A program made the translations under genes and the position numbers. The notes under the pieces were generated by a model, which saw only the letters and a program-made list of their open reading frames with translations, was not told the origin of the DNA and did no database searches. Below are positions 1 to 10,410 of a DNA stretch of 64,000 nt, piece by piece. The DNA is taken from positions 23,746-87,745 of IMG/VR virus record IMGVR_UViG_3300027776_000001, one strand, 5' to 3'. Numbering within the stretch: position 1 is the first letter of the stretch; the number at the start of each line of letters is the position of its first letter. This DNA is from a virus. Lineage: Duplodnaviria; Heunggongvirae; Uroviricota; Caudoviricetes.

Positions 1-3000
1 ATTCATTGAACTTAGTCAAAGCCTCTCCGACACTAACAGTAGCTTCGTATGTGCCTAGAGCAATTTCTAGCTGCTTCTTAGCGTTAGCCAGAATACCGTC
101 TAGATAAGCAACGTCAGCGTCATACTGCTTCTGGGCTGCTGCAATTTGAGCATCGATAGCGGCAAGACTTAGGTTGTACTGCTTGTCCAATGCGTCTAGC
201 TCAGATTGATAGAAAGCAGAAGTTGCTGCAGCATTTTCACGAGCAACAGCGCCAGCATTTTCCAGAGCAACAGCCATTCTCTCGGCTTCAGTCATTTGCT
301 TACCAGCAATCCCTTGAATTTCTTCTAGGTAATTGGCAGCAACTAACTGTTCACGAGCGAAGTCTTGAGCACTAGCGTAATTATCAGCAGTGTTTCCAGC
401 AAGAGTGCTAGTAACAGCACTAATAGCATCAGCAGTAGGCAATTGTCCAGCACGAGCAGCAGTTGCCATTTTAACCAAGTCACGCTTTGCAGCTTGATAA
501 TTGGTGTTAACAACTTCAGCAACAGTTCCACGTAATTGAACAATACCACTCTCAAGAGCATCGAAAATACCCTTCAGCGCATCGGCAGCTTCTCTAGCCT
601 TGGCTACTGCTTCTTCAGCAGCTTGAACTTGGGTGTCTGCAGCAGCTTGAGCACTAGCAGCTTCAGCTTCTATAGCACTCTTACGTTCGTCATAAGTGCC
701 CTTCAGAACTTCCTTCTCAGCATTCAGCACAGTGATATGTGCATCTAGCCTGCTCTTTAGCGCATCCTTTTCAGCATTAACAGACCGTTCCAGACCAGAC
801 AAAGCACTTTGAGCAGATGCTTTCAGTGCGTCAAGTTGTTCTGTCAACAGTTTAATTCTGTCAGCAGCAGCTTGTGCCGCAGGGCTAAGCTCACCAAGTG
901 GTGGAAGGATTTGATCCAAAGCTGGTGCAAGTTCAAGCAATGCTAGATACAGAGTACGTTGACCTTCATCGGCTAGATTTAGACCGTTAACAAGATCACG
1001 GAAACCTTGCCTTGTCGTTGGCATTGCTACGCCAAGTTGAGCAAAAGCTGCTGTAACTTGCTTAGTAACAATATCAATCTTTTCTGTGCCAGAGTAGAAC
1101 TTATCGAAGAAGAAATTAACCTTCTCGCTCAGTGCTTCTAGACCACCAGCCATTTCAATCAGGCTCATCTTAGCTTCGATAGCTGCCATTCCAGTAGCCT
1201 GAAAGACCTTGGAAAGATCAGCGCCCAATGCTGAGAATATGCCATCAATCGTGGCAATTGAAGAGGCCACACGCATTACTGTTTCAAAGTAACCTTCGCC
1301 AATCTCTTGGAATTGCTCGAAACCCGGAAGAGCAGCCTTAGCCATTTCATCGCCAAGCTTTGAGAACATGGTGGTGATTTGCTCTTGAATTTGAGCACCA
1401 CTCAAATCTTTTAGACTCATTTCACCAAAGTCAATAACCATGTTATTCAACACAGACATGATTTCAGTTTCACCCTTACCAAGAAGCTTACCAGCCTCAA
1501 CAACGCCTTGTGCAAGCGATTGAATAACTAGTGTGAATTGACGTTCAACTTCAGTGTCTAGATCGGCAGTTTGCTGAGATACAGACGTCTTCTTACTGAA
1601 TAGTCTCTTCTTGGTTGTTTCAATGTTGGCGTATGATAGACCTTGGAAACCATCCTTCAAGATTTGTGCAATGGTTTGTCCAGTGCCCTTGATACCAGTG
1701 TCTAGAAGAGTAGTCTTCTTACCAAACAAACTACCTAGGAATTTACCAACTGGATCGCCTAGAGGAGAGAACTTCTCAGCACCTGCAAAGAACTTACCAA
1801 CAGCATTCATTTGGAAGCCAGTTTGACCAGCTAGAGCTTCAGCAGAATCATTAACACCTGACTTCAGGATTTGCTTAGCTGTTCCTGCCAATGCCTTTTC
1901 AATACTGATCAGTGCCTTCAGCATACCTCTTTGGTACGTAGAAGAAATCTCAGAATTCTGTGCCACAATCTCTAGGGACTTAGTAATAGATTCTGACTTA
2001 GCGTCACTATCACCGAACACAGTGCCCTTACCAGCAGCTTCCTGATTCTGTTCTGCAGTATTGAATGAGCCTCCACCGCCTCCCTTAAACAAACCTAGAG
2101 AAGCCATAAGTGCCATAACGCCAGCACCGATCACAATACCAGTAAATGGCCCAGAGGCAAAACCAGCAGCAATAGCCTCTAGAGCATAGGCGGCACCACG
2201 AGACATAGCGCCAGCGATACTCTTAGCTGTCATGGCAGCTTCTGACGCAATCTTCTTGGCGTCTAATGCAAGCGAGGCCAGCTTGTAGGCCATTTCAATC
2301 TTTTGCAAAGCCTTGTAGCCCTTGCTACCTTCCTTGAAGAACATCTTCAAAGAGCTAGTCATATTGGCATACATTTCTAGATTTGACTTGCTAGACTTTT
2401 GCTGAATGTCAGCAAGTTTCTTAGCCTTATCTGCACCTTGTAGCTCTTGAGCTTCCTTCTGCATAGCAAGGATTTCTTGCTGCTGCGTGTAGTAAGTAGC
2501 CATAGTTTTAACAACACTGCCTAATGCCTTACCAACAGTACCAAAGGCATCGCCTAGGCCTGTGCTAATCGCATCAGCAAGATTGTTAACATTTTCAATA
2601 GCTTCCCTGCCAATAATCAAATCAAGTTCTTGTTGAAGCTTTGGGATTTCTTTTCTAAGACTATCAATTAGGCCTTGTAAAGCGCCTGCCTTGCCGGGAT
2701 CATTCTCTTTAGCAATCTTAGTCTGAGCTTCTGCTAGTTTTCTGTTAGCTTCTTCTAGCGCTACACGCTTCGTGGCACTTGCCACTTCGTGCAATCCTTG
2801 AGCGTATGCCTTTTCTTTAGCAATGCTTTGGTCAAGTTGGGCAATACGTTGGTTACCTGCTGTGATAGCACTTTCATAAGCATTAACCCAAGCATTTATT
2901 GCTTCTTCATGTTGCTTGATAGACTTTTGAGCGACACGATAGCTCTCTTCTTCTCGGATAACGAGTTCTAGCTCTTTTTCCTTAAGATGAAGCTTCTCAC

Positions 3001-5056
3001 GTTGAACTGCCGACATACGGATTTCAGAATCAGCAAGTGCATGCCTAACTTCAACCAGCTTACGTTCAGCAGTAGTCTGCTTTTCAGATTCAGCAATACT
3101 TTCACGAGTATTTTGAATAACCATCGAAGCCGAGTTAATAAGACTTGACATGTCCTTTAGCTCTTGCTTCTTGACACCAGCCTTCTTCTCAATAGCCTTG
3201 ATTTCGGCTTCATGGAAAGCTAGGATTTGCTTAGCAGCTTCGCTGCCATCATTAGCCTTTACACCAGCCTTTTCCAGTTCAGCAGTATAGCGAGCAACTG
3301 CATTTGTCTTCGCCTTCTCAATACCGACGATATCCGCACCAGACTTCAAGTAACGATCATTCAATTGAACACGATACTCACGCTGATCATTAGCCTTTTT
3401 CTCAGCTTCTGCTTCAGCATTCTTTAGTGAGATACCTCTTTGCAAATGTCGAAGATTTTCTTGTTCTGCAGCCAATTGACGCTCAGCTATTCTTAGTTGG
3501 CTTTCTTGAAACTTACTAAATCTTGCACCACCACGTTCAGCAGCAGCCTTAGCAGTTTGAAGACCAACCAGATCAGCCTGAAGAGCCTTAACCTTAGTCA
3601 TTGCTTCTAGGGATTTTTCACCCTCAGTAGCGTCTCTTCCCCAGTTGTGGAAGAAGTCAGATACCACCTTACCAAGAGACTTGAATAGGCCAAAAACCCA
3701 CTCATAATAGCGCTCTAGATATCCTCTTGAAGCAGAAGTAGATTGCTTAGTACCTTCATCAAGTTCCTTATTAAGAGCTACAATAGCAACTCTTAGAGCT
3801 TCACTCTGACGACCTTGTACTTGCAATGTCGAGATATACTTCAAGGTTTCTTCATCAACAGTACCAATTGCCATTGCCAACTTCAAAGGCTCTTCAGCTA
3901 GATCAGCAACTTTCTTCTGCACATCGTCGAAGTCCTTACCAGATAGCTTAGCCCACTTGGACGTAATTTCAGTAAGTCCTACAATCTCTTGTCCTGAGAA
4001 TCTACCAGCTTCTGTAAAGGAATCAAAACGATCCTTAGCTTCACTCAACGAGATATTCAGTTCAGAACCTAAAACAGAAGCAGCTTCTCTATACTGACTG
4101 TAAGTGTAGCCTAATTGATTTCCTGACAAGAAGACTTCATTGTTGAATTCTCTTTGTTGCTTTGATGCCATAATAATATTGGCACCATAAGCTAAGAAAC
4201 TCCCAGCCACAGCAATCACTGCACCCTTAAGAGTTAGCATAAAGCCAACAACAGGCTTAAGAGCATTCATGATTGTGCCCGGCAATCCCTTAACAGCAGC
4301 GCCGATACCACCATAAGCTTGACTTACTTGACCACCTTGTTGCATCAGAATAGTCAGTGGATTAGCACCAGAAGCTAGCGATGCAGCAACGTCATTGACA
4401 GTATATTGCAGGGTCAATAACTGGAAGCGCTGCTGATTACCTAGTTTGCGTACTTGCTCTTCTTCAAGCTTTTGAGCATCTGTTTTTCTCTTACTTACTA
4501 CAGCGGCTTGAGCAGTTGCTGCATTAGCTCTACGTTGAACTTGTTCATTCTGTGTTATGGCCTTGTATGCTCGCTCTTCTGCTGCAACTTCCAGATTCTT
4601 CTGTGTAAGAAGTCTAGAAGAATTAACTGCGCGAGAAGTAGCTAGATTATCCTCAATACGTTGAGTATTAGCAATAACTCCGTAAGCACGTTCTTCCGCT
4701 GCCATACTCTTAGCTCTTGCAGCAATAACCTTCTCTGTCATTAGGAGGTTTTGAGCAGCAGCTTTATCAATAATAGCCATAGCTGAAGCATATTTTTGCG
4801 CTGAGTCAGCTACTGCCTTAAATGTCCCTTCATTCGCCTTCATTGCGAGAGACAAATCATTCAGTTGGATAGCCAGTATCTTATATGTGCCAGCCACCAT
4901 CTTATTAATCGTGTCAAGGGTAGTTAGCGTACCCTTGAGTTTTGTAGCAGATTGCTCTGCCTTGTCCGAATTGACGACTAGTTTTTCTAGTCCTTCGTTC
5001 GTTTTATCAATACCCTTAGCTACTACATCTACCTGTAATTGTGTTAGCTCAATCAT
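1..5056 (-). CDS. tail tape measure protein, N-terminal ~1685 aa (C-terminus lies beyond window start)
   Basis: No minus-strand stop across 1-5056 (track lists only short + ORFs here); translation from ATG ~5056 begins MIELTQLQVDVVAKGIDKTNEG and continues as Ala/Gln/Lys-rich coiled-coil repeats; position downstream of chaperone-like ORFs. Confidence 0.75.
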   Translation of the reverse strand, partial: MIELTQLQVDVVAKGIDKTNEGLEKLVVNSDKAEQSATKLKGTLTTLDTINKMVAGTYKILAIQLNDLSLAMKANEGTFKAVADSAQKYASAMAIIDKAAAQNLLMTEKVIAARAKSMAAEERAYGVIANTQRIEDNLATSRAVNSSRLLTQKNLEVAAEERAYKAITQNEQVQRRANAATAQAAVVSKRKTDAQKLEEEQVRKLGNQQRFQLLTLQYTVNDVAASLASGANPLTILMQQGGQVSQAYGGIGAAVKGLPGTIMNALKPVVGFMLTLKGAVIAVAGSFLAYGANIIMASKQQREFNNEVFLSGNQLGYTYSQYREAASVLGSELNISLSEAKDRFDSFTEAGRFSGQEIVGLTEITSKWAKLSGKDFDDVQKKVADLAEEPLKLAMAIGTVDEETLKYISTLQVQGRQSEALRVAIVALNKELDEGTKQSTSASRGYLERYYEWVFGLFKSLGKVVSDFFHNWGRDATEGEKSLEAMTKVKALQADLVGLQTAKAAAERGGARFSKFQESQLRIAERQLAAEQENLRHLQRGISLKNAEAEAEKKANDQREYRVQLNDRYLKSGADIVGIEKAKTNAVARYTAELEKAGVKANDGSEAAKQILAFHEAEIKAIEKKAGVKKQELKDMSSLINSASMVIQNTRESIAESEKQTTAERKLVEVRHALADSEIRMSAVQREKLHLKEKELELVIREEESYRVAQKSIKQHEEAINAWVNAYESAITAGNQRIAQLDQSIAKEKAYAQGLHEVASATKRVALEEANRKLAEAQTKIAKENDPGKAGALQGLIDSLRKEIPKLQQELDLIIGREAIENVNNLADAISTGLGDAFGTVGKALGSVVKTMATYYTQQQEILAMQKEAQELQGADKAKKLADIQQKSSKSNLEMYANMTSSLKMFFKEGSKGYKALQKIEMAYKLASLALDAKKIASEAAMTAKSIAGAMSRGAAYALEAIAAGFASGPFTGIVIGAGVMALMASLGLFKGGGGGSFNTAEQNQEAAGKGTVFGDSDAKSESITKSLEIVAQNSEISSTYQRGMLKALISIEKALAGTAKQILKSGVNDSAEALAGQTGFQMNAVGKFFAGAEKFSPLGDPVGKFLGSLFGKKTTLLDTGIKGTGQTIAQILKDGFQGLSYANIETTKKRLFSKKTSVSQQTADLDTEVERQFTLVIQSLAQGVVEAGKLLGKGETEIMSVLNNMVIDFGEMSLKDLSGAQIQEQITTMFSKLGDEMAKAALPGFEQFQEIGEGYFETVMRVASSIATIDGIFSALGADLSKVFQATGMAAIEAKMSLIEMAGGLEALSEKVNFFFDKFYSGTEKIDIVTKQVTAAFAQLGVAMPTTRQGFRDLVNGLNLADEGQRTLYLALLELAPALDQILPPLGELSPAAQAAADRIKLLTEQLDALKASAQSALSGLERSVNAEKDALKSRLDAHITVLNAEKEVLKGTYDERKSAIEAEAASAQAAADTQVQAAEEAVAKAREAADALKGIFDALESGIVQLRGTVAEVVNTNYQAAKRDLVKMATAARAGQLPTADAISAVTSTLAGNTADNYASAQDFAREQLVAANYLEEIQGIAGKQMTEAERMAVALENAGAVARENAAATSAFYQSELDALDKQYNLSLAAIDAQIAAAQKQYDADVAYLDGILANAKKQLEIALGTYEATVSVGEALTKFNE

Positions 5057-5483
5057 TAGTTTTCTTCTTCCTGAAATTACCTAGGATATTCTTAAGTTTG
5101 TTGCTCACCTGTTCACGGGATAGCATTGCAGGAGCTACTGGAGCTGCTCTTAGTGGGTCAGATGCTTGAGAGTATTCTGAAGCATACACTCCACTCAATT
5201 CTCGGACTAATGTAGCTTCCCAACTGGAAAGCTTAAGTCCTACTAAATGGCACCAGTTGTAAATCTCTGTCCATGAAAGCGCAGAAGGCCCAAACCCGGT
5301 AAACGAGCATGGGCCAATCTCATTAAGATAAGCTATCAGGTAGTACGCATCACCAATATCTGGCATTATCAGTCTAGGGCTATCTTCACCATCAGACTCT
5401 AAAAACCTAGTGTATCGGCTACGTTTATCTGGCTCACCTTTAAACCCTTTAGGAGGATCAGGCACAGCAGCGAGCCATGCCAT
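5049..5483 (-). CDS. tail assembly chaperone-like protein (position-based)
   Basis: 144 aa ORF immediately upstream of TMP, stop overlaps TMP start (ATGATTGA). Confidence 0.35.
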   Translation of the reverse strand: MAWLAAVPDPPKGFKGEPDKRSRYTRFLESDGEDSPRLIMPDIGDAYYLIAYLNEIGPCSFTGFGPSALSWTEIYNWCHLVGLKLSSWEATLVRELSGVYASEYSQASDPLRAAPVAPAMLSREQVSNKLKNILGNFRKKKTND

Positions 5484-5512
5484 TTGCTTTACATAAAGGG
5501 TTGCGCTTTCTT

Positions 5513-5920
5513 TTACTGAGTCAAAAAATTCGCAAAATCGCTTACGGCTGCATCAACTTGGTCACGCACCCACTTATACTTTTCATTTGAATATAGATTA
5601 CGGAAATCGTCAGCAGTCTTGATAGGATTACCATTGAATGACAGATTCTCAGAATCAGCAGACAAAGCAACCATCAATTCCAGTTGGTCTTCACGAATAA
5701 CCTCAGCAGTTACATTCTTATTGCCCTTGGCTTGGCGTTTCAGGGTACGGTTCTGTAGAGCGCTGATTGCACGCTTATGTTGTTCACTACCCGGCCCATA
5801 GACGGTAATTGTTACTGGCTTGGTTTGCTTTGCATCGGCAAAAATCTTTTCACCAGTGTCTGGACGTTCCAGATGCAGTACAAATTGGTCGCGGGCTTCA
5901 ATAGAGGCTAGATCAAACAT
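5513..5920 (-). CDS. tail assembly chaperone-like protein (position-based)
   Basis: 135 aa ORF between major-tail-like gene and TMP. Confidence 0.35.
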   Translation of the reverse strand: MFDLASIEARDQFVLHLERPDTGEKIFADAKQTKPVTITVYGPGSEQHKRAISALQNRTLKRQAKGNKNVTAEVIREDQLELMVALSADSENLSFNGNPIKTADDFRNLYSNEKYKWVRDQVDAAVSDFANFLTQ

Positions 5921-5940
5921 TTAAATCTCCTTAGATTTGA

Positions 5941-6654
5941 TTACAAAGTTTGTGCTAATGAAAGCACAGTTGAAATTACCGAATTAATATCGGCAGTTAG
6001 AAAGCATTCAGTAGAACCGTCAAATATTTCTCGAGGTTGTTGGAATGTTTTCTTTAATTCTTGTAAAACTTTTATTTCAAGGTCTGCTATAAAATCACCC
6101 GTCCCATTTAGTTCAAACTTAATAGTAAAGTCCTTACCTGATGTGCGGGAGATTGGCTTTATTCTTTCAGTCACTTCCCGATTAGTGATTCCGATTTTGA
6201 CAACATTGTCTACAGCAATTATGTATAGAGTTCCGGGCTTGTATCGATTAAATCCGTGAGAGGCACACTTAGGACACCCTTTACCAGATGAATGGTTTGC
6301 AGCAGACTGAGAAAATACTCCATGAACCTTGCATTTAATGCTTATCTTACTGTGAGCATTTAATGGTTGCTCAGTCAGTGAGTAGTCATAAGTATCACCA
6401 TGTACAGTTTCAAATTTGTCTAACCAATCGGTTAGTGAACTTTGGCGAGCGAGGCGTTGTTTATCACTTTTACATAGAGGACAACCATTTCCTCTTAGAT
6501 GTGCGTCAGCAGTAACCTCCCAATCACCATGTTCTTTGCAAGTAACTGAAATCCTACTAATCGCAGATTTATAAACTACATTACCATAGTCATACAGGCT
6601 ACCATGGCGAAGTTTACACTGTGAGATATACTCCTCTGTTGTCTTTTTCTTCAT
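5941..6654 (-). CDS. homing endonuclease-like protein, T5orf172/GIY-YIG-like C-terminal domain with two N-terminal zinc-ribbon repeats
   Basis: Repeats CKEHGDW..H..GCPLC and CKVHGVF..H..GCPKC; C-terminal LYIIAVDNVVKIGITNR motif; paralog of 42380..43144; inserted inside tail module. Confidence 0.5.
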   Translation of the reverse strand: MKKKTTEEYISQCKLRHGSLYDYGNVVYKSAISRISVTCKEHGDWEVTADAHLRGNGCPLCKSDKQRLARQSSLTDWLDKFETVHGDTYDYSLTEQPLNAHSKISIKCKVHGVFSQSAANHSSGKGCPKCASHGFNRYKPGTLYIIAVDNVVKIGITNREVTERIKPISRTSGKDFTIKFELNGTGDFIADLEIKVLQELKKTFQQPREIFDGSTECFLTADINSVISTVLSLAQTL

Positions 6655-6684
6655 TCTTTTCCTTAAGTAACTGAAACAATTATC

Positions 6685-6713
6685 TAAGGAAAAGAGGGAG
6701 TAATCCTCCCTCT
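6685..6713 (-). terminator. rho-independent terminator downstream of major-tail-like gene
   Basis: minus-strand hairpin GAGGGAG-gatta-CTCCCTC followed by TTTTCC. Confidence 0.4.
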
Positions 6714-6720
6714 GATAATA

Positions 6721-7164
6721 TTAAGGGGCAGCAACCTCTAAAATATCATTATCAATCTCAAGTGTAGTCGAAGCAGCAGTGATCTGATCCACACCACCAA
6801 CATTCGTTGTGTACGACATAACTTGAGCAGTAAAGTACTGAGTAGTACCGTCCTGAAGAACTACCTTAACAGCAGAGGACACATCACTATTCAGGCGATC
6901 TACGATTTCGGCTTGACCAGCATCATCTGGCACACGAGCCATTTGAAGTTGCAGAGCACCATCGTTATATGAACCTCTACGCTTCACAGTACGACGATTA
7001 GCTAGTGGGTTGTGCGTTACAAGATTGTATTCACGACCAAACTCACCAGCGTCAGTAACTTCACCAATTTCAACCCAAACCACAGCTTCAAAACCAGCTT
7101 GGTTATATGTTACTGGAGCATCACCGATATAAAGACGGGTTCCAGCAGAAGTAAAAACAGCCAT
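6721..7164 (-). CDS. putative major tail protein
   Basis: 147 aa, position upstream of chaperones/TMP, followed by terminator; small beta-rich protein. Confidence 0.4.
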   Translation of the reverse strand: MAVFTSAGTRLYIGDAPVTYNQAGFEAVVWVEIGEVTDAGEFGREYNLVTHNPLANRRTVKRRGSYNDGALQLQMARVPDDAGQAEIVDRLNSDVSSAVKVVLQDGTTQYFTAQVMSYTTNVGGVDQITAASTTLEIDNDILEVAAP

Positions 7165-7180
7165 TTGTTAAATCCTTAAA

Positions 7181-7525
7181 TTAACCAATTAGAGAGGCAA
7201 CCACACCGACGCCGCCAGTGACTGCCACAGTGCCTAGCATAAAGGCAGAAATCTTATCTAGGTAAACCGCCACAACTGCGTTAGCGCCTACAGCAATAAG
7301 CTTACCTGTGGAAACATCCACAGTTCCACCATAACCCGGTGGAGTGATGGTCGTAGAACCCGAACCATCAATTGTTACGTTTACTGGTGCTCCAGTAGTG
7401 TTACGAAGAACTAAAAGTTGACCACTACCACTGATATATGTTAGTGTGTCAGATGCGGTCAGAGTTGTTTCAGTAACTGTGAACGCGCCATTTTGTTTCT
7501 TAGAAGTTTGAGCAATAACTGCCAT
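7181..7525 (-). CDS. hypothetical virion protein (Gly/Thr/Val-rich)
   Basis: 114 aa ORF in tail-head joining region. Confidence 0.3.
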   Translation of the reverse strand: MAVIAQTSKKQNGAFTVTETTLTASDTLTYISGSGQLLVLRNTTGAPVNVTIDGSGSTTITPPGYGGTVDVSTGKLIAVGANAVVAVYLDKISAFMLGTVAVTGGVGVVASLIG

Positions 7526-7534
7526 TTTCTATCC

Positions 7535-7930
7535 TTAGAATTCTCTTCTATATAAAACGGTTACAGCACATACGCGATAACCATTAACAGACTCGAAGCG
7601 AGATTTACTGGGAATTCTCTCAATACTGGTCTCGCCAAGTTTTGGTACTACAGGGAAAGCCATGACAATCTCGTTTACTAGAATGTCAGCTTCACCTTGC
7701 TTAAAATTTGTTTCAGGAATCCACAGATTGATCTGGTAAATTCCAAGTTCCCTACCACGTACACCATTTAGAGAGGCGTTAATAGTGTCAGCAGGGAGTA
7801 GAAGTGTTTCGACAAAATAACCAGAAGTTGGCTTTGTAAATTTAGAGCCTTCCCAAGCTACAGGAACTACTGGACTTTTTGTATCGGCCCAAGCTTTGAG
7901 CCTTTTGTCAAGGTCGATTCTTACTGTCAT
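7535..7930 (-). CDS. putative tail terminator / neck protein (position-based)
   Basis: 131 aa ORF in head-tail joining cluster. Confidence 0.25.
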   Translation of the reverse strand: MTVRIDLDKRLKAWADTKSPVVPVAWEGSKFTKPTSGYFVETLLLPADTINASLNGVRGRELGIYQINLWIPETNFKQGEADILVNEIVMAFPVVPKLGETSIERIPSKSRFESVNGYRVCAVTVLYRREF

Positions 7931-7934
7931 AATT

Positions 7935-8372
7935 TTACTTCAACTTTGCCTTGACAGCAGCAGTAGATATTGCTACCATCCGGTAAGGTTGGGCACCTTT
8001 CCAATTGTGACCGGGAGTATTTTCGGGCCATCCTAGGTATTCGACATGCCAGATATAATCAAGACCATTACACAAAGAAACTGTTGTGTCTTTCAGGAAT
8101 GTACCCTTCTTCACTGTAGCGTTAACTCTGCGAAGAGGCATTGTTCTGGTAGGAGAGGGAGTGTCTGTTGTAGCGAAGTTTGCACTATTGATCGAGACGT
8201 TCCAGTTATTAACTGCCACCCCTTGAGAGTAAACAGTTTCTCCCTTTGTTGGGGTATTCTGGATGATCAAAGTGAAGTAGTATCTGGTCAGATTGACAAG
8301 TTGCTGATCAACGCTTTTTTGGATTTTTGCGACAGCCATTTTCATCTGATCGCTAAATTTTTTTCTTGCCAT
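7935..8372 (-). CDS. putative head-tail joining protein (position-based)
   Basis: 145 aa ORF, own promoter upstream. Confidence 0.25.
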   Translation of the reverse strand: MARKKFSDQMKMAVAKIQKSVDQQLVNLTRYYFTLIIQNTPTKGETVYSQGVAVNNWNVSINSANFATTDTPSPTRTMPLRRVNATVKKGTFLKDTTVSLCNGLDYIWHVEYLGWPENTPGHNWKGAQPYRMVAISTAAVKAKLK

Positions 8373-8386
8373 TTCTTACTCCTTGT

Positions 8387-8414
8387 AGTATAACAGAAAA
8401 ACCCAATTTGTCAA
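8387..8414 (-). promoter_or_regulatory. sigma70-like promoter TTGACA-16-TATACT with AAAGTATTGACAA extended -35
   Basis: minus strand reads AAAAGTATTGACAAATTGGGTTTTTCTGTTATACT just upstream of ORF start 8372. Confidence 0.4.
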
Positions 8415-8424
8415 TACTTTTCTG

Positions 8425-8826
8425 TTATTTTCTCAGATAAAGTTCCCAGACACACGGATAGGCACTTGTAGGATTGATTTGTCTTACAGAAACTACCTTG
8501 TAAACTAAGTCTCCAATTACTACCTGATCTGTTTCCGGGTTGATATCATCAAGCAAGGATAGTGGCTCAGTAGTTGTCAAAGGAGGCTGAATAAACAACT
8601 GCTTATCGTCCTTTGAAATCAACGTGTTTGTGTGTGTTGCCTCACCATTACTTTTGAGAGGGTAATCAAACATAATCCCTCTGCAAATGAACTCAGATAT
8701 CACATAAGCTTGAGAACTGGTGTCTACATCGTATCCGCTTTCCACTTCTCTCTTGAGAACTAAGTCAAAGCCGCATCTGTTCATTTCCTTTGTGATAATC
8801 TTAACTATCCAATCCGTGGAACTCAT
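8425..8826 (-). CDS. putative head-tail connector component (position-based)
   Basis: 133 aa ORF. Confidence 0.25.
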   Translation of the reverse strand: MSSTDWIVKIITKEMNRCGFDLVLKREVESGYDVDTSSQAYVISEFICRGIMFDYPLKSNGEATHTNTLISKDDKQLFIQPPLTTTEPLSLLDDINPETDQVVIGDLVYKVVSVRQINPTSAYPCVWELYLRK

Positions 8827-9260
8827 TCTGTTGTGACTCCTGTAGTTGTCTGCATTTCATAGAACTCATCCATTTCTTCAGCGGCTGTTCCATTCGTATA
8901 CCCAGCATTCCAAGATTTTGCAAACTGAATAAGAGGATTAGTCTCAGAAGTATCTCCACCATAGGCGATAGGGTTATATGTCATGAAAGCAGGATTGTTA
9001 ACAGTGTCCAGTAAGAATTTCCTGTATTGCTCGAAAGCTTGATTATCGTAGCTCTCAATATACTGGAATTTCGATCTAGTACCGAAAGACAGAGTAGCTA
9101 AAATATACTGCGCACAAAGAATAGCAGAACGGTTTAGATTGTTACTATTCTGGTCAAGAGCGTCTTGATAGACTGCATCTGGTAGGATAACAGGATCATG
9201 CCAGTCACCTACCCTAAGTCTCAATTTAGAAATATCACTCGATAAGTCTAGCACTGGCAT
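8823..9260 (-). CDS. putative head completion/adaptor protein (position-based)
   Basis: Track start 9287 lies inside hairpin; internal ATG ~9260 (MPVLDLSS) has GGAGAA RBS. Confidence 0.25.
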   Translation of the reverse strand: MPVLDLSSDISKLRLRVGDWHDPVILPDAVYQDALDQNSNNLNRSAILCAQYILATLSFGTRSKFQYIESYDNQAFEQYRKFLLDTVNNPAFMTYNPIAYGGDTSETNPLIQFAKSWNAGYTNGTAAEEMDEFYEMQTTTGVTTE

Positions 9261-9271
9261 TCTGGTTCTCC

Positions 9272-9309
9272 AAATAAAATTACCCACCCACCTTGCGATG
9301 GATGGGTAA
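9272..9309 (-). terminator. terminator/attenuator hairpin after major capsid gene
   Basis: TTACCCA...TGGGTAA 7-bp stem followed by TTTTATTT on minus strand. Confidence 0.3.
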
Positions 9310-9323
9310 AGTATGTGTTACTA

Positions 9324-10373
9324 TTAGTTAGAAGTGAAAGCTTCAACGATAGTGTTAGGACGCATCACACAGTTCACGAAGTTCGATTCAGCGTGAATTT
9401 CATACTTGGTGCCGTCTTGAGCCATGTTCTCAAACATGTACATACGCTCACCCAGAGTATTCACGAACTCGAAACGTTCGGCTGGCGAGTAGTAAGTCTT
9501 GAAGCAGTCAGTACCTTGTGGCACGAAATATGCCTTGCCTGCAGGAAGCAGACGGCTACCAGTACCAGCGCCGATGGTGCCACCAAAGGTGTCGCGCATT
9601 TCGATGAATTGCACGCCCATGTAGAAGAACTCACGACGAACAGCGGTAGGCGAATTGCCAGCAGCTAGACGGTTACGCAGAGGCTCTTGGGTCGAAGCGT
9701 AGTATTGGTAAGCAGCCTTCACAGTAGCGTGAGAAATCAGCTTAGCAAACCATTCTGGTGAACACAGACAGATAATACCGGTCAGAACGCCGCCAGTACC
9801 AGTGTTGTCTTGAATGTGGGCCAGAGCTTCTTCGATCTTAGCGCCAATTTCTGTGGTGCCAGTACCGAACACAAAGTCCACGGTCTTACGGGTAACACCG
9901 AATTCAGTGTTCCAGTTTTGAACTACGGTGCCGCTTGGAGCGTACACAGTGCCAAGGGTAATTGCTTGGGCGCGGGCGTATTCCAGAGTCCATGCAAAGT
10001 TTTGAGCAATACGCTCCATCTTACGGGTACGAACCAGAGCCAACGTATCAGCGCTGTCAGGAGTGCCGTAAGCACGCTTACCTTGCACATCCTTTGGATA
10101 AATCGCATCTTCATGTGGGAAGTGAGGCACAGCGAAAGTGTGCAGCTTCGAGCCATAATCCTTGCCCACTGTGCCACGCTCACCGCGTACACGGTCAACA
10201 AGTAGAGCGCCGTCCTTGGTGGTTTCTTCAAAAGTAACAGTATGCTCGGCAACCGATTCTTCTTGGAACAGACCTAGCGAACCAATCGTACCCCATTGAT
10301 TAGGGATAACCAGAAGTTCTTCTGTCCAATCAGTAATAGCAAATTGGTTGCCATTAAACGAACGAGTAATCAT
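9324..10373 (-). CDS. major capsid protein
   Basis: 349 aa; order terminase-portal-protease-scaffold-decoration-this gene; AAGGAA RBS; terminator downstream. Confidence 0.6.
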   Translation of the reverse strand: MITRSFNGNQFAITDWTEELLVIPNQWGTIGSLGLFQEESVAEHTVTFEETTKDGALLVDRVRGERGTVGKDYGSKLHTFAVPHFPHEDAIYPKDVQGKRAYGTPDSADTLALVRTRKMERIAQNFAWTLEYARAQAITLGTVYAPSGTVVQNWNTEFGVTRKTVDFVFGTGTTEIGAKIEEALAHIQDNTGTGGVLTGIICLCSPEWFAKLISHATVKAAYQYYASTQEPLRNRLAAGNSPTAVRREFFYMGVQFIEMRDTFGGTIGAGTGSRLLPAGKAYFVPQGTDCFKTYYSPAERFEFVNTLGERMYMFENMAQDGTKYEIHAESNFVNCVMRPNTIVEAFTSN

Positions 10374-10410
10374 TTATTTTATTCCTTAATTAGTTGACAA
10401 AGAAACTGGA

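Noticed and set aside
190-5084. Plus-strand ORFs of 60-72 aa listed inside the tape-measure region
   Set aside because: They overlap a continuous more than 5-kb minus-strand reading frame with coherent TMP-like composition. They are low-complexity antisense artefacts.
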